The notes under the pieces are model-generated. The model was not told the DNA's origin and ran no database searches. It saw only the letters and a list, made by a program, of their open reading frames with translations. A DNA stretch of 64,000 bases, taken from IMG/VR virus record IMGVR_UViG_3300045988_132703; one strand, 5' to 3'. This DNA comes from a virus. Below are positions 6,807 through 15,913 of the stretch, piece by piece. Numbering within the stretch: the stretch's first letter is position 1; each line of letters starts with the position of its first letter. A program made the translations under genes and the position numbers.

Positions 6807-7277
6807 TCACTTGGAGAGGTTCCGCAGGGAACTCTCGGTGCAGAATGTTGCTTTCTGGAATTTTACCTGATAAGCGATTCCATCAGCTTCGATGTCGCCC
6901 GCTTCGGTGAACGGAACATTATCTTTCGTCCAAGTCTGTCCGAAGTACTCGGTCATGAGCATTTCGAAGATTTCGCCCTTGTTGTACTTGCTGGTCTTAA
7001 CCATCTCATTGAACTGATCTTCTGAACAAACCGCAATCAGCTTGCCGGCAGTCTTGAGCATTTCCTTCTGTGCCTTGTTGGGGCTAAACCGGACAGAGTA
7101 ACCGCCGCCATTCTTGCTGGAGGCGCGGTCAAGGGTCAGTGCATAGGGCAGAACGCTAGAATCAGTGATAACAGCATAAACAACGCCGCGATCCGTAAAG
7201 CCAAAAATGTAGTTGTGAGTGAATGCCAGTGCGTTGTAGCGGTCAGTCATAGTCTTGAGCATGGTCAGGTTGGTCAT
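6807..7277 (-). CDS. hypothetical early protein (156 aa), possibly nuclease-like
   Basis: Track ORF with RBS AAAGAGGT upstream. The segment AGDIEADGIAYQVKFQK loosely resembles a PD-(D/E)xK core, which is weak evidence. A GC hairpin GCCCACCC-TTCG-GGGTGGGC lies downstream at 6773-6792. Confidence 0.5.
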   Translation of the reverse strand: MTNLTMLKTMTDRYNALAFTHNYIFGFTDRGVVYAVITDSSVLPYALTLDRASSKNGGGYSVRFSPNKAQKEMLKTAGKLIAVCSEDQFNEMVKTSKYNKGEIFEMLMTEYFGQTWTKDNVPFTEAGDIEADGIAYQVKFQKATFCTESSLRNLSK

Positions 7278-7326
7278 AGTGAATACCTCTTTCCGGGGTT
7301 GCGCCCCTCTTTGTTTCTATGCCTTT

Positions 7327-7355
7327 ATTATACACTTATCCGGTTTATTTGTCAA
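7327..7355 (-). promoter_or_regulatory. leftmost-module promoter (first early promoter)
   Basis: The plus strand shows ATTATA 7327-7332 and TGTCAA 7350-7355 with a 17-nt spacer. Confidence 0.7.
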
Positions 7356-7430
7356 TGCTTTTTTGCAATTTTTTTTTCGTTAAAATGCACAACGTTTTAT
7401 ATAATTTTTTGTGCATTCTGCCATATAAAC

Positions 7431-7560
7431 AGAGCGACTGATCCGAGCGCCACTTGTACGCGGTACACGGTCAAGTGCACGCCGACCGCGGACAATATGG
7501 GGTGTACGCCGACCGCGCACACTTGACCGCGACCGGGGTGTGTATTCAGGACGCGAACAG
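7431..7560. repeat. GC-rich non-coding island with imperfect direct repeats
   Basis: The repeats are GTGCACGCCGACCGCGG (7475-7491), GTGTACGCCGACCGCGC (7502-7518), CACTTGTACGCGGTAC (7451-) and CACTTGACCGCGACC (7519-). The composition contrasts sharply with the AT-rich flanks. It sits in the divergent control region between modules 1 and 2. Confidence 0.5.
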
Positions 7561-7593
7561 ATTGACAAATTTTTAACAGGCCGGGCCTAGTTA

Positions 7594-7684
7594 TCACTGT
7601 ATAGAAATTACTCAAATTAAAATTCCAAATTTTACCATTTTCACTGTACAGAAATTACTCAAATTAAAATTCCAATTTTTACCA
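7594..7684. repeat. two tandem 44-bp direct repeats
   Basis: TCACTGTA(T/C)AGAAATTACTCAAATTAAAATTCCAA(A/T)TTTTACCA occurs at 7594-7637 and 7641-7684, just upstream of the rightward promoter. Confidence 0.8.
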
Positions 7685-7726
7685 AATTTAAACTCAAATC
7701 CTTGAGTTCCACTCCTACTCATCTAC

Positions 7727-7755
7727 TTGACTTCTCCCTCTAACTCTGGTATAAT
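7727..7755 (+). promoter_or_regulatory. rightward promoter of the structural module
   Basis: TTGACT 7727-7732, a 17-nt spacer, and the extended -10 TGGTATAAT ending at 7755. Confidence 0.7.
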
Positions 7756-7885
7756 TTAATTAGAAAAGTTAGATGAAAAGATATTCATTTTACTTGTTAA
7801 TTTTTTAACAATTATCTTCTCATTATTATTCAAGGAGAAACAATAATTTGATTTGGTTTCGCCAACTCAAATTGCTTAACAACCA

Positions 7886-9049
7886 ATGTTAGATTTTGAT
7901 ATTTACTCAGATACAGACCGCGCCACCGCAGTCAAAGATGAATTATCCAAACTTACTAAACCACCCACTCAATCTCAACTTGAAACAATGGCCAATTATA
8001 TTCTTTTTGGTAAAGATTCTAATGGGCAAAATGCAGTTGACCGTGGTGAAGTTCAAATTCAAACTAAATATTCATCTTATCGCAAAAAGAAAGAAGAGTC
8101 TCTCGATGAGCTTACCGAGTCTCCTACTTTCAATGAAGCTGAACTCAAACCCATTCATCGTTCAGTTTATAAAAATCCTAAACCAGAGCTTGATCGTTCG
8201 CTTCCCGAACTCCAGCCTCTTCTCACTACCATTGCGCAATATGAATCGTAGTTAGAAGATTTAGAAAAGCTCCCGCAAACAAAAGACGTCAAAGACCGTA
8301 TCTATAATTTGAAACATTTAGTCATTTCACTTAAAAAAGAGCAATATTCACTTTAGGAAATTGTGCGCCCGCCGCTTCAATTAATGAGTTATAACCGTCC
8401 TGCGCCAGAACCTTTCGTAGACAATCTCTGCGAGAATATTGGTCCTCTCGGCTTAAAAATTGGCAATCTAACTCGATTTACTAATCCAAAAGAAGATCAT
8501 AATCAATCTCAACTTTCAGATTTTTATGATCCCACGCGCAAAGGAATTAATCTCGAAGACCCTACTCATATTTATTTTCTCATCGAGGCTTATGAGTCTC
8601 TTTATGAGAGGGGGCTAGATAATCCGTATATTAATGCTAAGTACCTAATTGAAACATTGGACTGGTATATAGATTAGGTTCCATTTGACCAGAATCGTCT
8701 GGATATTATTGCGCTCAAAAAACGCCATTGCCCCAATAGCCAAATTCGTAAATATCTTAATGAGAAATATGGATTTAATTATAGCGAAAACTATATTAGT
8801 ACAATTTACACTAAAGAAATTTGTAAAAAGATTGCGGCGCAAGTTAGTTTGCATAAAGAGAAATGGGAAAGACGTTTCGAGCCAGGAGTTTGGAAAAAGT
8901 GTTCTTGCTGCGGCGAATGGAAATTAAAAGATGCCCGCGAATTTGTAAGACGAAAAAATTCAGAAGATGGATTTACTTCTCGTTGTAAAATGTGTGATAG
9001 AAAGAAGAAATTAGCCAAGAAAATAGAAGAAAATAAACCAATAAAATAA
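7886..9049 (+). CDS. hypothetical DNA-binding-like protein with C-terminal zinc ribbon (387 aa with 3 TAG read as sense)
   Basis: Track ORFs 7886..8251, 8363..8677 and 8849..9049 are in one frame, separated only by TAG. The C-terminus has CSCCGEWK...CKMCDRKK. There is no obvious SD before the ATG at 7886. Confidence 0.55.
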
Positions 9050-9062
9050 AATAAAATTAATG

Positions 9063-9187
9063 ATCGTCGCGCAATCAAAAGCAAAACAAATGTACAAATG
9101 GTTGAAATTAGTCCATTTCAACTAGAATATCAAATTTCTGCCAATTTGAGCTTAATTTTGCTTTTGATTGCGCGACGATTTTTTTTG
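9063..9187 (+). terminator. long perfect inverted repeat plus T8 (terminator or structured element)
   Basis: A 24-bp perfect stem pairs ATCGTCGCGCAATCAAAAGCAAAA (9063-9086) with 9156-9179. The loop is 69 nt and contains its own hairpin. T8 follows. Confidence 0.65.
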
Positions 9188-9204
9188 TATAGGAAGGATT
9201 TAAA

Positions 9205-9375
9205 ATGAAATGTAATTTTAAAAAGAAAATTCAAGAAAAGAAAGTTCGTCCCGATTTTATGACAGCTTTTAATCGAGCTTTTGTAGATGGAGATTTTAAA
9301 GATTTAATTGCGCCGGAAGCAATGAATAAATCTTTACTCCAACTTTTGAAAGATTAGAGTTCTCTTTGCGAGTGA
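9205..9375 (+). CDS. small hypothetical protein (56 aa if TAG 9355-9357 is sense, 50 aa if stop)
   Basis: RBS AGGAAGGA, then ATG at 9205 (MKCNFKKKIQEKKVRPDF...). Confidence 0.45.
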
Positions 9376-9403
9376 GACTTAGTCAATAAGGAGGGATTTT
9401 ATT

Positions 9404-10357
9404 TTGAAAAAAATTAAATTCAAAATGAGAGCTTGCCCTTGCTGCGGGAATATGCTTGGCGCAAGTTCCTATCCAGAAACTAAATCTCCATTTTTCCCCG
9501 ATGGTCATTTAACTATTTGCGGCAATTGTTTAGATGAACAATTAGTTGATGTAAATGGTGAATGGGCTACAATGGATTATATTTGTGAATGGGCAGATGT
9601 TCCATTTATTCCAGAGCAGTTCACGAAAGTATGGGATTCTTGCCCAGAACATACCGCGTCCTAGTATTTAAAACTGTTTGGACAAGCTGAATATTCAAGA
9701 CTCCATTGGGCAACTTATCAAGAGAGATGGAAGAAAGCAATTGAAGATGGACAAGATAAATTACTTCATCCTTTATTTAATCAAGAAGAACTTGACCGTT
9801 TGCGAAAATCTTGGGGTAGCACCTATTCTGATGAAGAATTATATCAATTAGAAGATTTGTACACCGGTATGAAAAATAGCTTTGGTATTTCTGATCCAAC
9901 CAGAGAAGATAATGCTAAGAAGATGTGTAAAATTTCTAAAGAAATAGATAGGTGTATCGCCAATGGCGGAGCAGGACTAGATAAGCTAGTAAACTCTTAC
10001 TCTAAACTCCAAGATATAGGTGAATTTTCTTCAGAAAATGCAAAAGACTTTAATAACTTTGGTTCTATTTCTGAATTAGCCTTATACTTAGAAAAAACCG
10101 GCTGGAAGAAAAAATTCCATAATGATGAAACTCATGACGTTGTAGATAATACAATGAAAAACATTCAATCTTATAATAGAAGATTATATCAAAGTGAATC
10201 TACTATTGGTGATTAGATTGATGATGTCTTAGCGGCCAAAGCAAGAATGGATGCAATCGAAGATAAGATTTTAGATTCAGAAATGGATTAGTTTGACGTC
10301 AATGCTCTTAAATTAGATGATGAAGATTCTACGGAAGAATTTTCACCAAATATATGA
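9404..10357 (+). CDS. zinc-ribbon protein immediately upstream of terL, possible small terminase subunit (317 aa with 3 TAG as sense)
   Basis: RBS AAGGAGGG lies 10 nt before TTG 9404. Track ORFs 9404..9664 and 9800..10216 are in frame. It has CPCCGN...CGNC. The function is assigned only from position. Confidence 0.4.
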
Positions 10358-10365
10358 GGTAAAAT

Positions 10366-13300
10366 ATGGGTAAATTTAAACCGGAATTTAATATTCCAAA
10401 GAACGTTAAACTAACGGAAGAATATGTAGAATAGAATAGAAAAGAAGTAATAGGGATGATGGAGCATTTTCTTAATTATCCAGATGTGTTTTTAGATATG
10501 ATTACTCCTTCTTATTCTAATTTCTAGTTATATTTTTACTAGAGGATTTTTCTTAGGGCGGCAATTAGATATAGATACCTTTATGTTGTTGCGCCCAGAG
10601 CGTTCTCTAAATCGTTTTTATCAATTTTAGCGGGATTTCTTAGATGTATGTTCTTGCCAGGTAGTAAATTCTTTATCGTGGCCCCAGGCAAGTCTCAGGG
10701 CGCAAAAATCGCAAAAGAAAAACTTGATGAAATTTTTTAGAAATTCCCACTACTTAAAAATGAATATTTGAAATACAATTGTAGTCAAGATTACGTAACT
10801 GTGGTATTTAAAAACGGTAGCGTATTTGACGTCGTTGGTGCACTCGATAGCACCCGAGGCGGAAGAAGGAACGGTTCCCCTAGAAAAATCAAAATTTTTT
10901 GATTTCATAACTTCTTTTAGAAGACCAGAAAAAAGAATTTGCTGATAATTTAAAAACTGCCGTTCTAAAATCGCGGAATTAAGCGGGAACGCTAAAGTTT
11001 TATATTCTAAAACCATGCCAACCCGAACCGAAGGCTTTATAGCCAGGGGCAACGCATAGGGAATGAAATAATTTCCCCACGAGGCCGCGACATCTAAAAA
11101 GATGAAAAGATATGCTGAACTTATAGGAAACTATAAGAACTATAAGATAAAAAACTTATAGGATAACAATTTGGGTATTATTGACGAAGTGCGTAAAGTC
11201 ATGGATTGCGCACTAAAAATTTCCTTAATTGCTGGAAACTCTCTTTGAGACAATCAGCAGCCAAGCCGCGAAAGTGGAAGGTTCAACGACTAGCTCCTAT
11301 TGAGCGTAGTGTCAAGTGACACGAAACAGGAAACGTTTTTATAACGATGATATAGTCTAATCTTATGGGCGACCATAAGCAGCGAAAGCGGGATAGGATT
11401 AACGACCCTATTTGAATATTTTGGACCATGACGGTACTATGTTAACCGAGGTAGTTCTCCCTTAGAACTTAAAATAGGGGGCTTAATAGAGTAATCTATT
11501 ATGAAAAAGATGGTGAACGCAAGAAAAAGCGGTGTGGCGAAAGCTGCTAACGGTGAAATCGAAAGACAATACCGTGCCAAATCATATAATGAAAGGTGTA
11601 GAGACTAATTGTAGGGTAGATTTTATCACTACTCGAAGCGCCATCCAACTATTTTCCTATTTTTTTTATATTCCACTTATATATAAGACACTTATTACAT
11701 GAGGTGAATTATATGTGGAAAATTTTTGAATATGATGGTAAAGAAACTAATTATGAAGTAAGTGACGACGGATAGGTAAGAAATAGAACAACTAAAAGAG
11801 TATTGAAATAGCAGACCTCAAAAGATAATTATAAAACAGTTTCTTTATCAATAAATAAAAAACAAAAAAACATGAGAGTGCATAGACTTGTAGCATTAAC
11901 TTATATCGAAAATCCTGATAATAAAAATATTGTTAATCATATAGACGGGAATAGATAGAATAATCTAGTGTCTAATCTTGAATGGGTAACATATTCTGAA
12001 AATACACAGCACGCCATACGAATTGGTCTTATGTTACCTACTAGAGAAAAACAAGTAGATCAGTTTGATATGAATGGAAATAAAATTGCTACATATAAAA
12101 GCATAACTGATGCGGCAAATATAACAAATACTAGTCCTAATAAAATCAGTGACTGTTGTAATTTAAAAAGAAATTCTACGAATTTATTTTAGTGGAGATT
12201 TCATTCTGATGGGTATTAGAGTCTTCCAAAATCAGAAATTCCAAAAACTACTAGAAAGAGAGTAGCCAGATGTGATAAAGATGGAAATATTCTGCAAATT
12301 TATGATAGTTTACATTAGGCCGCAAAAGATGTAAATGGAACGCAAAGTGCAATAACTCATGTATTAAAAGGAGATAAATAGACAATAACTCATAAGGGTT
12401 ATTATTGGAAATTAGTTGAAGAGATAGTCCAATAAAGCTAATGAACGTCGATAGACGCGACATCTAGGGAGACATAGACCCAACAGAACCAAACTAGTAG
12501 TAGATATTCAAAAGAGTATCATTATGCAGAAATGCATAATCCAAAACTTCGTGAATTGCTGGAAAATCTAGAACAGACAATCAGCAGCCAAGCCGCAGAA
12601 GTGGAAGGTTCAACGACTATCCCTATGGGAGTAGATTCAAGCGAATCGAAGTGCGAAGCCCTTAACTCAAAAAGAGAAAGGTGAAGATATAGTCTAATCT
12701 TACGTGGGAACGTAAGCTGCGAAAGCGGAGTAAAATTAGCGACTTTACTCGAATGTTTAATGATATTACTAGTGCCGGAAATAAAGGCTCATACGCATAT
12801 GACCGACTTATAGAACTTTTAGTCCAGTCTATAGTCGCGCCAGATACATCTTTTGTATTCGGATGTGATTATCGAGTCCCGGTTATGCATGGACTTTTAA
12901 ATAAGAAGTTTATTTAGGAGTTAAAATTAAGCGGAACATACCGTGAAGACTCATTCGCACGCGAATATTTGTCCATTAACCCTCAATCCTAGTGGACACT
13001 AAACCTATTTAATTGCTGGAAAATCTCTTTTGAGACAATCAGCAGCCAAGCAATCTAAACATAGATTGAAGGTTCAACGACTATCCAATATGGAGTAGAT
13101 TATAAGCTTATGATAATCGAAAAGGTAGGGTATCTTATAATTTATAAGATATATGATATAGTCTAATCTATATAGTAATATATAGCAGTCTAATAAACGA
13201 TATCTGCTTTGCGCGCAGATATGAATAAAAATGATGGACCGGAGGGTCCTCTGAATCTTGGATAGACTATGACAAATTATCAAAATATAGAACTATAGTT

Positions 13301-14320
13301 AATCCAGAAAAAACTTCTAAACTTCAAGCTGGAGACAAGAGTTACTACTATATATCTGTAGACGTAGCTCGTAAAGGCGTGAATACTTCTGTTTAGATAT
13401 TTAAAGTGCTTCCTCAAGAAACTCGTTTCCTCAAGAAACTTGTGAATTCTTTAACATTCCATGATATGCACTTCTAGCTTCAAGCAATAGAGCTTAAAAA
13501 GTTATATCAACGCTATCATCCAAAAGAAATGTGTATTGATGGAACAGGGTTAATAACTAGCCCCTTTAGTTAGAAATGACTATCGAATAACTCTTTTAAT
13601 TGCTGGAAACCTTTATAAGGCAATCAGCAGCGAAGCTCTATATAGAGAACGTTCAACGACTAGTCGAAAGACGTAGGCTCAAGTGAGTCGAAATGGAGAG
13701 CATCCAAAAGGATGAAGATATAGTCTAATCTTATAAGCAATTATAAGCTGCGATTTATTCGCGGGGTAGGCTTAACGAACCTATCTGAATGTAATGTAGG
13801 AGTTGGCTTGATGGATTTCATGGTTATTGATTAGCTTGGTGAGGATGGCGTTATGTATCCTGCGCTAAGTTGCATTAATGACGAAGATTATAAAAAATAT
13901 TCTGGACCTAAAGTAATTTATTTATTAAAAGCTAACGCAACTGAAAATAGTTTAATTCACTCAAACTGTTATACTCAAATTGCGAATGGTTCAGTTAGAT
14001 TCTTAATTTCAGAATAGGAAGCTAAAGTTAAACTTTTAAGTACAAAGAAAGGGCAAAAAATGAAACCAGCTGAACGTTTGGTCCGTCTTGCTCCGCATAT
14101 TGAGACAACTCGTTTGTTTGAAGAAATTTGTAACTTAAAAGTTAAGAATACTGGAACTAATACCGTAGTTGAACAGATTAGCTCTAAAATCAATAAGGAC
14201 CGTTTTTCTGCTTTTGAATATGCGCTTTGGCGTATTAAAGCTGATGAAGATGAATACTTCCGTAAAAAACGTTATAAGAATAGAAGTTTAAGTAAATTTA
14301 TGCTCTTTACGAAGAAATAA
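10366..14320 (+). CDS. terL: terminase large subunit, 7 exons / 6 group I introns (545 aa)
   Basis: Exons are 10366..10875, 11174..11194, 11424..11462, 12468..12507, 12763..12976, 13261..13550 and 13797..14320, summing to 1638 nt in frame. The spliced product reads ...APRAFSKSF...STRGGRRNG|GIIDEVR|DHDGTMLTEVVLP|GDIDPTEPNQQQIY|ITSAGNKG...FAREYLS|M IDYD...YYISVDVARKG...CIDGTGL|GVGLMDF...KDRFSAFEYAL. These are the ATPase and RNaseH-like nuclease motifs. About 12 TAG codons are read as sense. RBS is GAGG. Confidence 0.85.
10876..11173 (+). mobile_element. group I intron terL-A (family V)
   Basis: It follows exon AACGGT. AACGGU can pair with GCCGTT (about 10964) with a U.G at the splice site. It ends in G before GGTATTATT. 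Its 3' half (GCAACGCATAGGGA...CCACGAGGCC...AAAAAGATGAAAAGATATGCTGAACTTATAGG...TAGGATAACAATTTG) is nearly the same as the intron at 60150-60378. Confidence 0.7.
11195..11423 (+). mobile_element. group I intron terL-B (family I, T4 td-like core)
   Basis: P1 is GTGCGT|...GCGCAC with a U.G at the splice site. Core blocks are AATTGCTGGAAA, CAATCAGCAGCCAAGC, GGTTCAACGACTA, GATATAGTCTAATC and TTAACGACC...TTGAATATTTTG, with a terminal G before GACCATGAC. Confidence 0.8.
11463..12467 (+). mobile_element. group I intron terL-C carrying an HNH homing endonuclease gene
   Basis: It follows exon CTCCCT (UCCCU can pair with GGGGG at 11476-11480). Its 5' half has GCTAACGGTGAAATC...AATACCGTGCC, as in the family IV introns of the polymerase gene. 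It ends ...CGACATCTAG before GGAGACATAGAC. The 3' boundary is inferred from frame continuity. Confidence 0.65.
11713..12435 (+). CDS. intron-encoded HNH homing endonuclease (240 aa, 7 TAG as sense)
   Basis: RBS GAGGTGA, then ATG at 11713. The protein is MWKIFEYDGKETNYEVSDDG(Q)VRN...HRLVALTYIENPDNKNIVNHIDGNR(Q)NNLVSNLEWVTYSENTQHA..., an HNH core. It has repeated ...ATYKSITDAA... / ...LQIYDSLH(Q)AAKD... modules typical of NUMOD/IENR-type DNA-binding repeats. It ends at TAA 12433-12435. Confidence 0.75.
12508..12762 (+). mobile_element. group I intron terL-D (family I)
   Basis: P1 is GATAT|TCAAAAGA GTATC with a U.G. The same core blocks as terL-B are present. It ends CGAATGTTTAATG. Splicing joins ATA T|AT ATT to give QQQIY-ITSAG. 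Confidence 0.8.
12977..13260 (+). mobile_element. group I intron terL-E (family I)
   Basis: P1 is GTCCAT|...GTGGAC with a U.G. The core blocks are AATTGCTGGAAA, CAATCAGCAGCCAAGC, GGTTCAACGACTA and GATATAGTCTAATC. It ends CTGAATCTTG. Confidence 0.75.
13551..13796 (+). mobile_element. group I intron terL-F (family I)
   Basis: It follows exon ...ACAGGGT (GGGU pairs with GCCC). The core is AATTGCTGGAAA, CAATCAGCAGCGAAGC, CGTTCAACGACTA, GATATAGTCTAATC and TTAACGAACCTATCTGAATGTAATG. Splicing gives GGG T|TA GGA, i.e. DGTGL-GVGLMDF. Confidence 0.8.
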
Positions 14321-14336
14321 AAGGAGGTCTATATAA

Positions 14337-15896
14337 ATGTAGGATATTAGCACTAAATTTGATATAGCTGAAAAATTTAAAGCTAAGAATTACGACCTCG
14401 CTCATTTTAACAAAATTGTAAAACAAGTCTCTAAAACTCAAGAACGTCCTTATCCTAGATGGGGAGATATTGGCGGACTTCCAAGAATCCAAGCACATGG
14501 TTACAAATATACAATAGAAGATGTAACTAATGCTCTTGATAACTTGAGTCTCGTTGAAATGAGAAGAATTAGTCGTTATTTTTATAATACTAGTACTTCT
14601 TATAGACGTTAGATTGACCATTTCGCACAATTGTATAAGTATTATTACGTCGTTGATTTTAAGCGCGCGGCGTAGACAAAAAAGAAAAATACTTTGCTCA
14701 AGATTTATAATGAGACTCTTGATTTTCTTGACTCAATTAATATCCGCGATATATTTGGTTATATCACTTAGAAAGTATTAATTGACGGTACATTTTTTGG
14801 GTACATAAATAAGTTTGATGATAATAAAATTACAATTACTTAGTTGAATCCTAATTACTGTCGTTCAAGAGATACAAGTGCTTATGGGACAGCTTGTGTG
14901 GAATTTAATGTCCAATATTTCACGCGCTATCAAGATAAAGCTGATTTGGAAAAGACTTTAAAGAATTTCCCAGCTGGTGTACGTTCTTATTGGAATGCTT
15001 ATCATGCAGGCAAGGTAATTTCTCCTTGGGTGCGTTTGGCAACAGAATCTTCTTGCGCTTTCTTTATGGATAATAAGTGTATTCCGCCAATTTATAGTAG
15101 CATTATTGATATTATGAATTTTGGTGACTACAAGAACATTGAGAAAAAACGTGATTCGTCAGAATTGGAAAAATTACTTGTCTAGCAATTTAAACTTGAT
15201 GAAGATGGCGATTTGGATGTCTTGATGGAAGAAATGGCTGGTATGCATGAAGCCGTTTCTCAAATGATGAATAGTCATGATAATATTGATGTTTTAACGA
15301 CCATTGCAGATAATGTCGATTTAAAAGATACTCAATCTAATACTAATCGTTCTGGTGAAACTAATCTTCAAAAAATGCTACTTCCAAAATATGAAAATGC
15401 TGGACTTAGTTCTGAAATTTTCTATGCTACTGGTGGCACAACTTTAGAGTATTCCGTAAATAATGCTACTTCCTTTATGAGTCAATTGATAGACAAATAT
15501 TCAACTTGGCTCTCAATGTTGTGTTATAGTCAATTCAACTATGGTAAGATTATTCCAATAGTAACCATTCTGCCAATCACTTGGTACAATCAATCAAAAA
15601 TGGCTGATATGTATATCAAGAACTCTCAGTATGGCTTCTCTTGGATTCTTCCATATGTTGCTAGTGGTAAAAAGCAATCGACACTTCTTGACAATGCTTA
15701 TATTGAGCAAGAAGTTTTGAATCTTTCTGAGGTTATGCGCCCATTGAGTTCTTCTTTTACTTAGACAGATGAAGGAAACGGTAATGGTAATAAGACTTCT
15801 ACTCAGAAGAAGCCTGCTGGTACACCAGGACGCCCTGAAAAGCCAATAGAAGAAAAGAGCGATAAGACAATAGCAAACATAAATGCTCAATAGTAA
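14337..15896 (+). CDS. portal protein (519 aa, 8 TAG as sense)
   Basis: RBS AAGGAGG, then ATG at 14337. Track ORFs 14844..15185 and 15213..15764 are in frame with it. The only in-frame stops are TAG until TAA 15894-15896. The assignment rests on position after terL and on size. Confidence 0.7.
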
Positions 15897-15913
15897 TAGG
15901 CGAGGAAGTCCTT

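Noticed and set aside
1-7400. The regularly repeated conserved units might be a CRISPR array.
   Set aside because: The repeated units are promoters plus leaders (TTGACA-17-TATAAT with SD) spaced irregularly by 150-500 bp, and the intervening segments encode proteins. There are no short identical direct repeats with uniform spacers.
7380-7615. Arg-rich ORFs 7380..7568 and 7397..7615.
   Set aside because: They coincide with the GC-rich repeat island, have no SD, and their composition simply reflects CG-rich repeats.
7833-7886. An SD-like AAGGAGA at 7833-7839 lies about 45 nt upstream of the ATG at 7886, raising the possibility of an alternative start or a second recoding event for the first late gene.
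   Set aside because: The frame of 7886 is closed by TAA three codons upstream. The TTG at 7848 opens a different frame that encodes a low-complexity, non-protein-like sequence. I kept ATG 7886 with reduced confidence.
10750-13283. Minus-strand ORFs 10750..11052, 12251..12463 and 13074..13283 inside the terL locus. ORFs 52394..52606 and 59516..59764 are of the same kind.
   Set aside because: They lie within group I intron sequence or antisense to the intron endonuclease gene. They have no translation signals.
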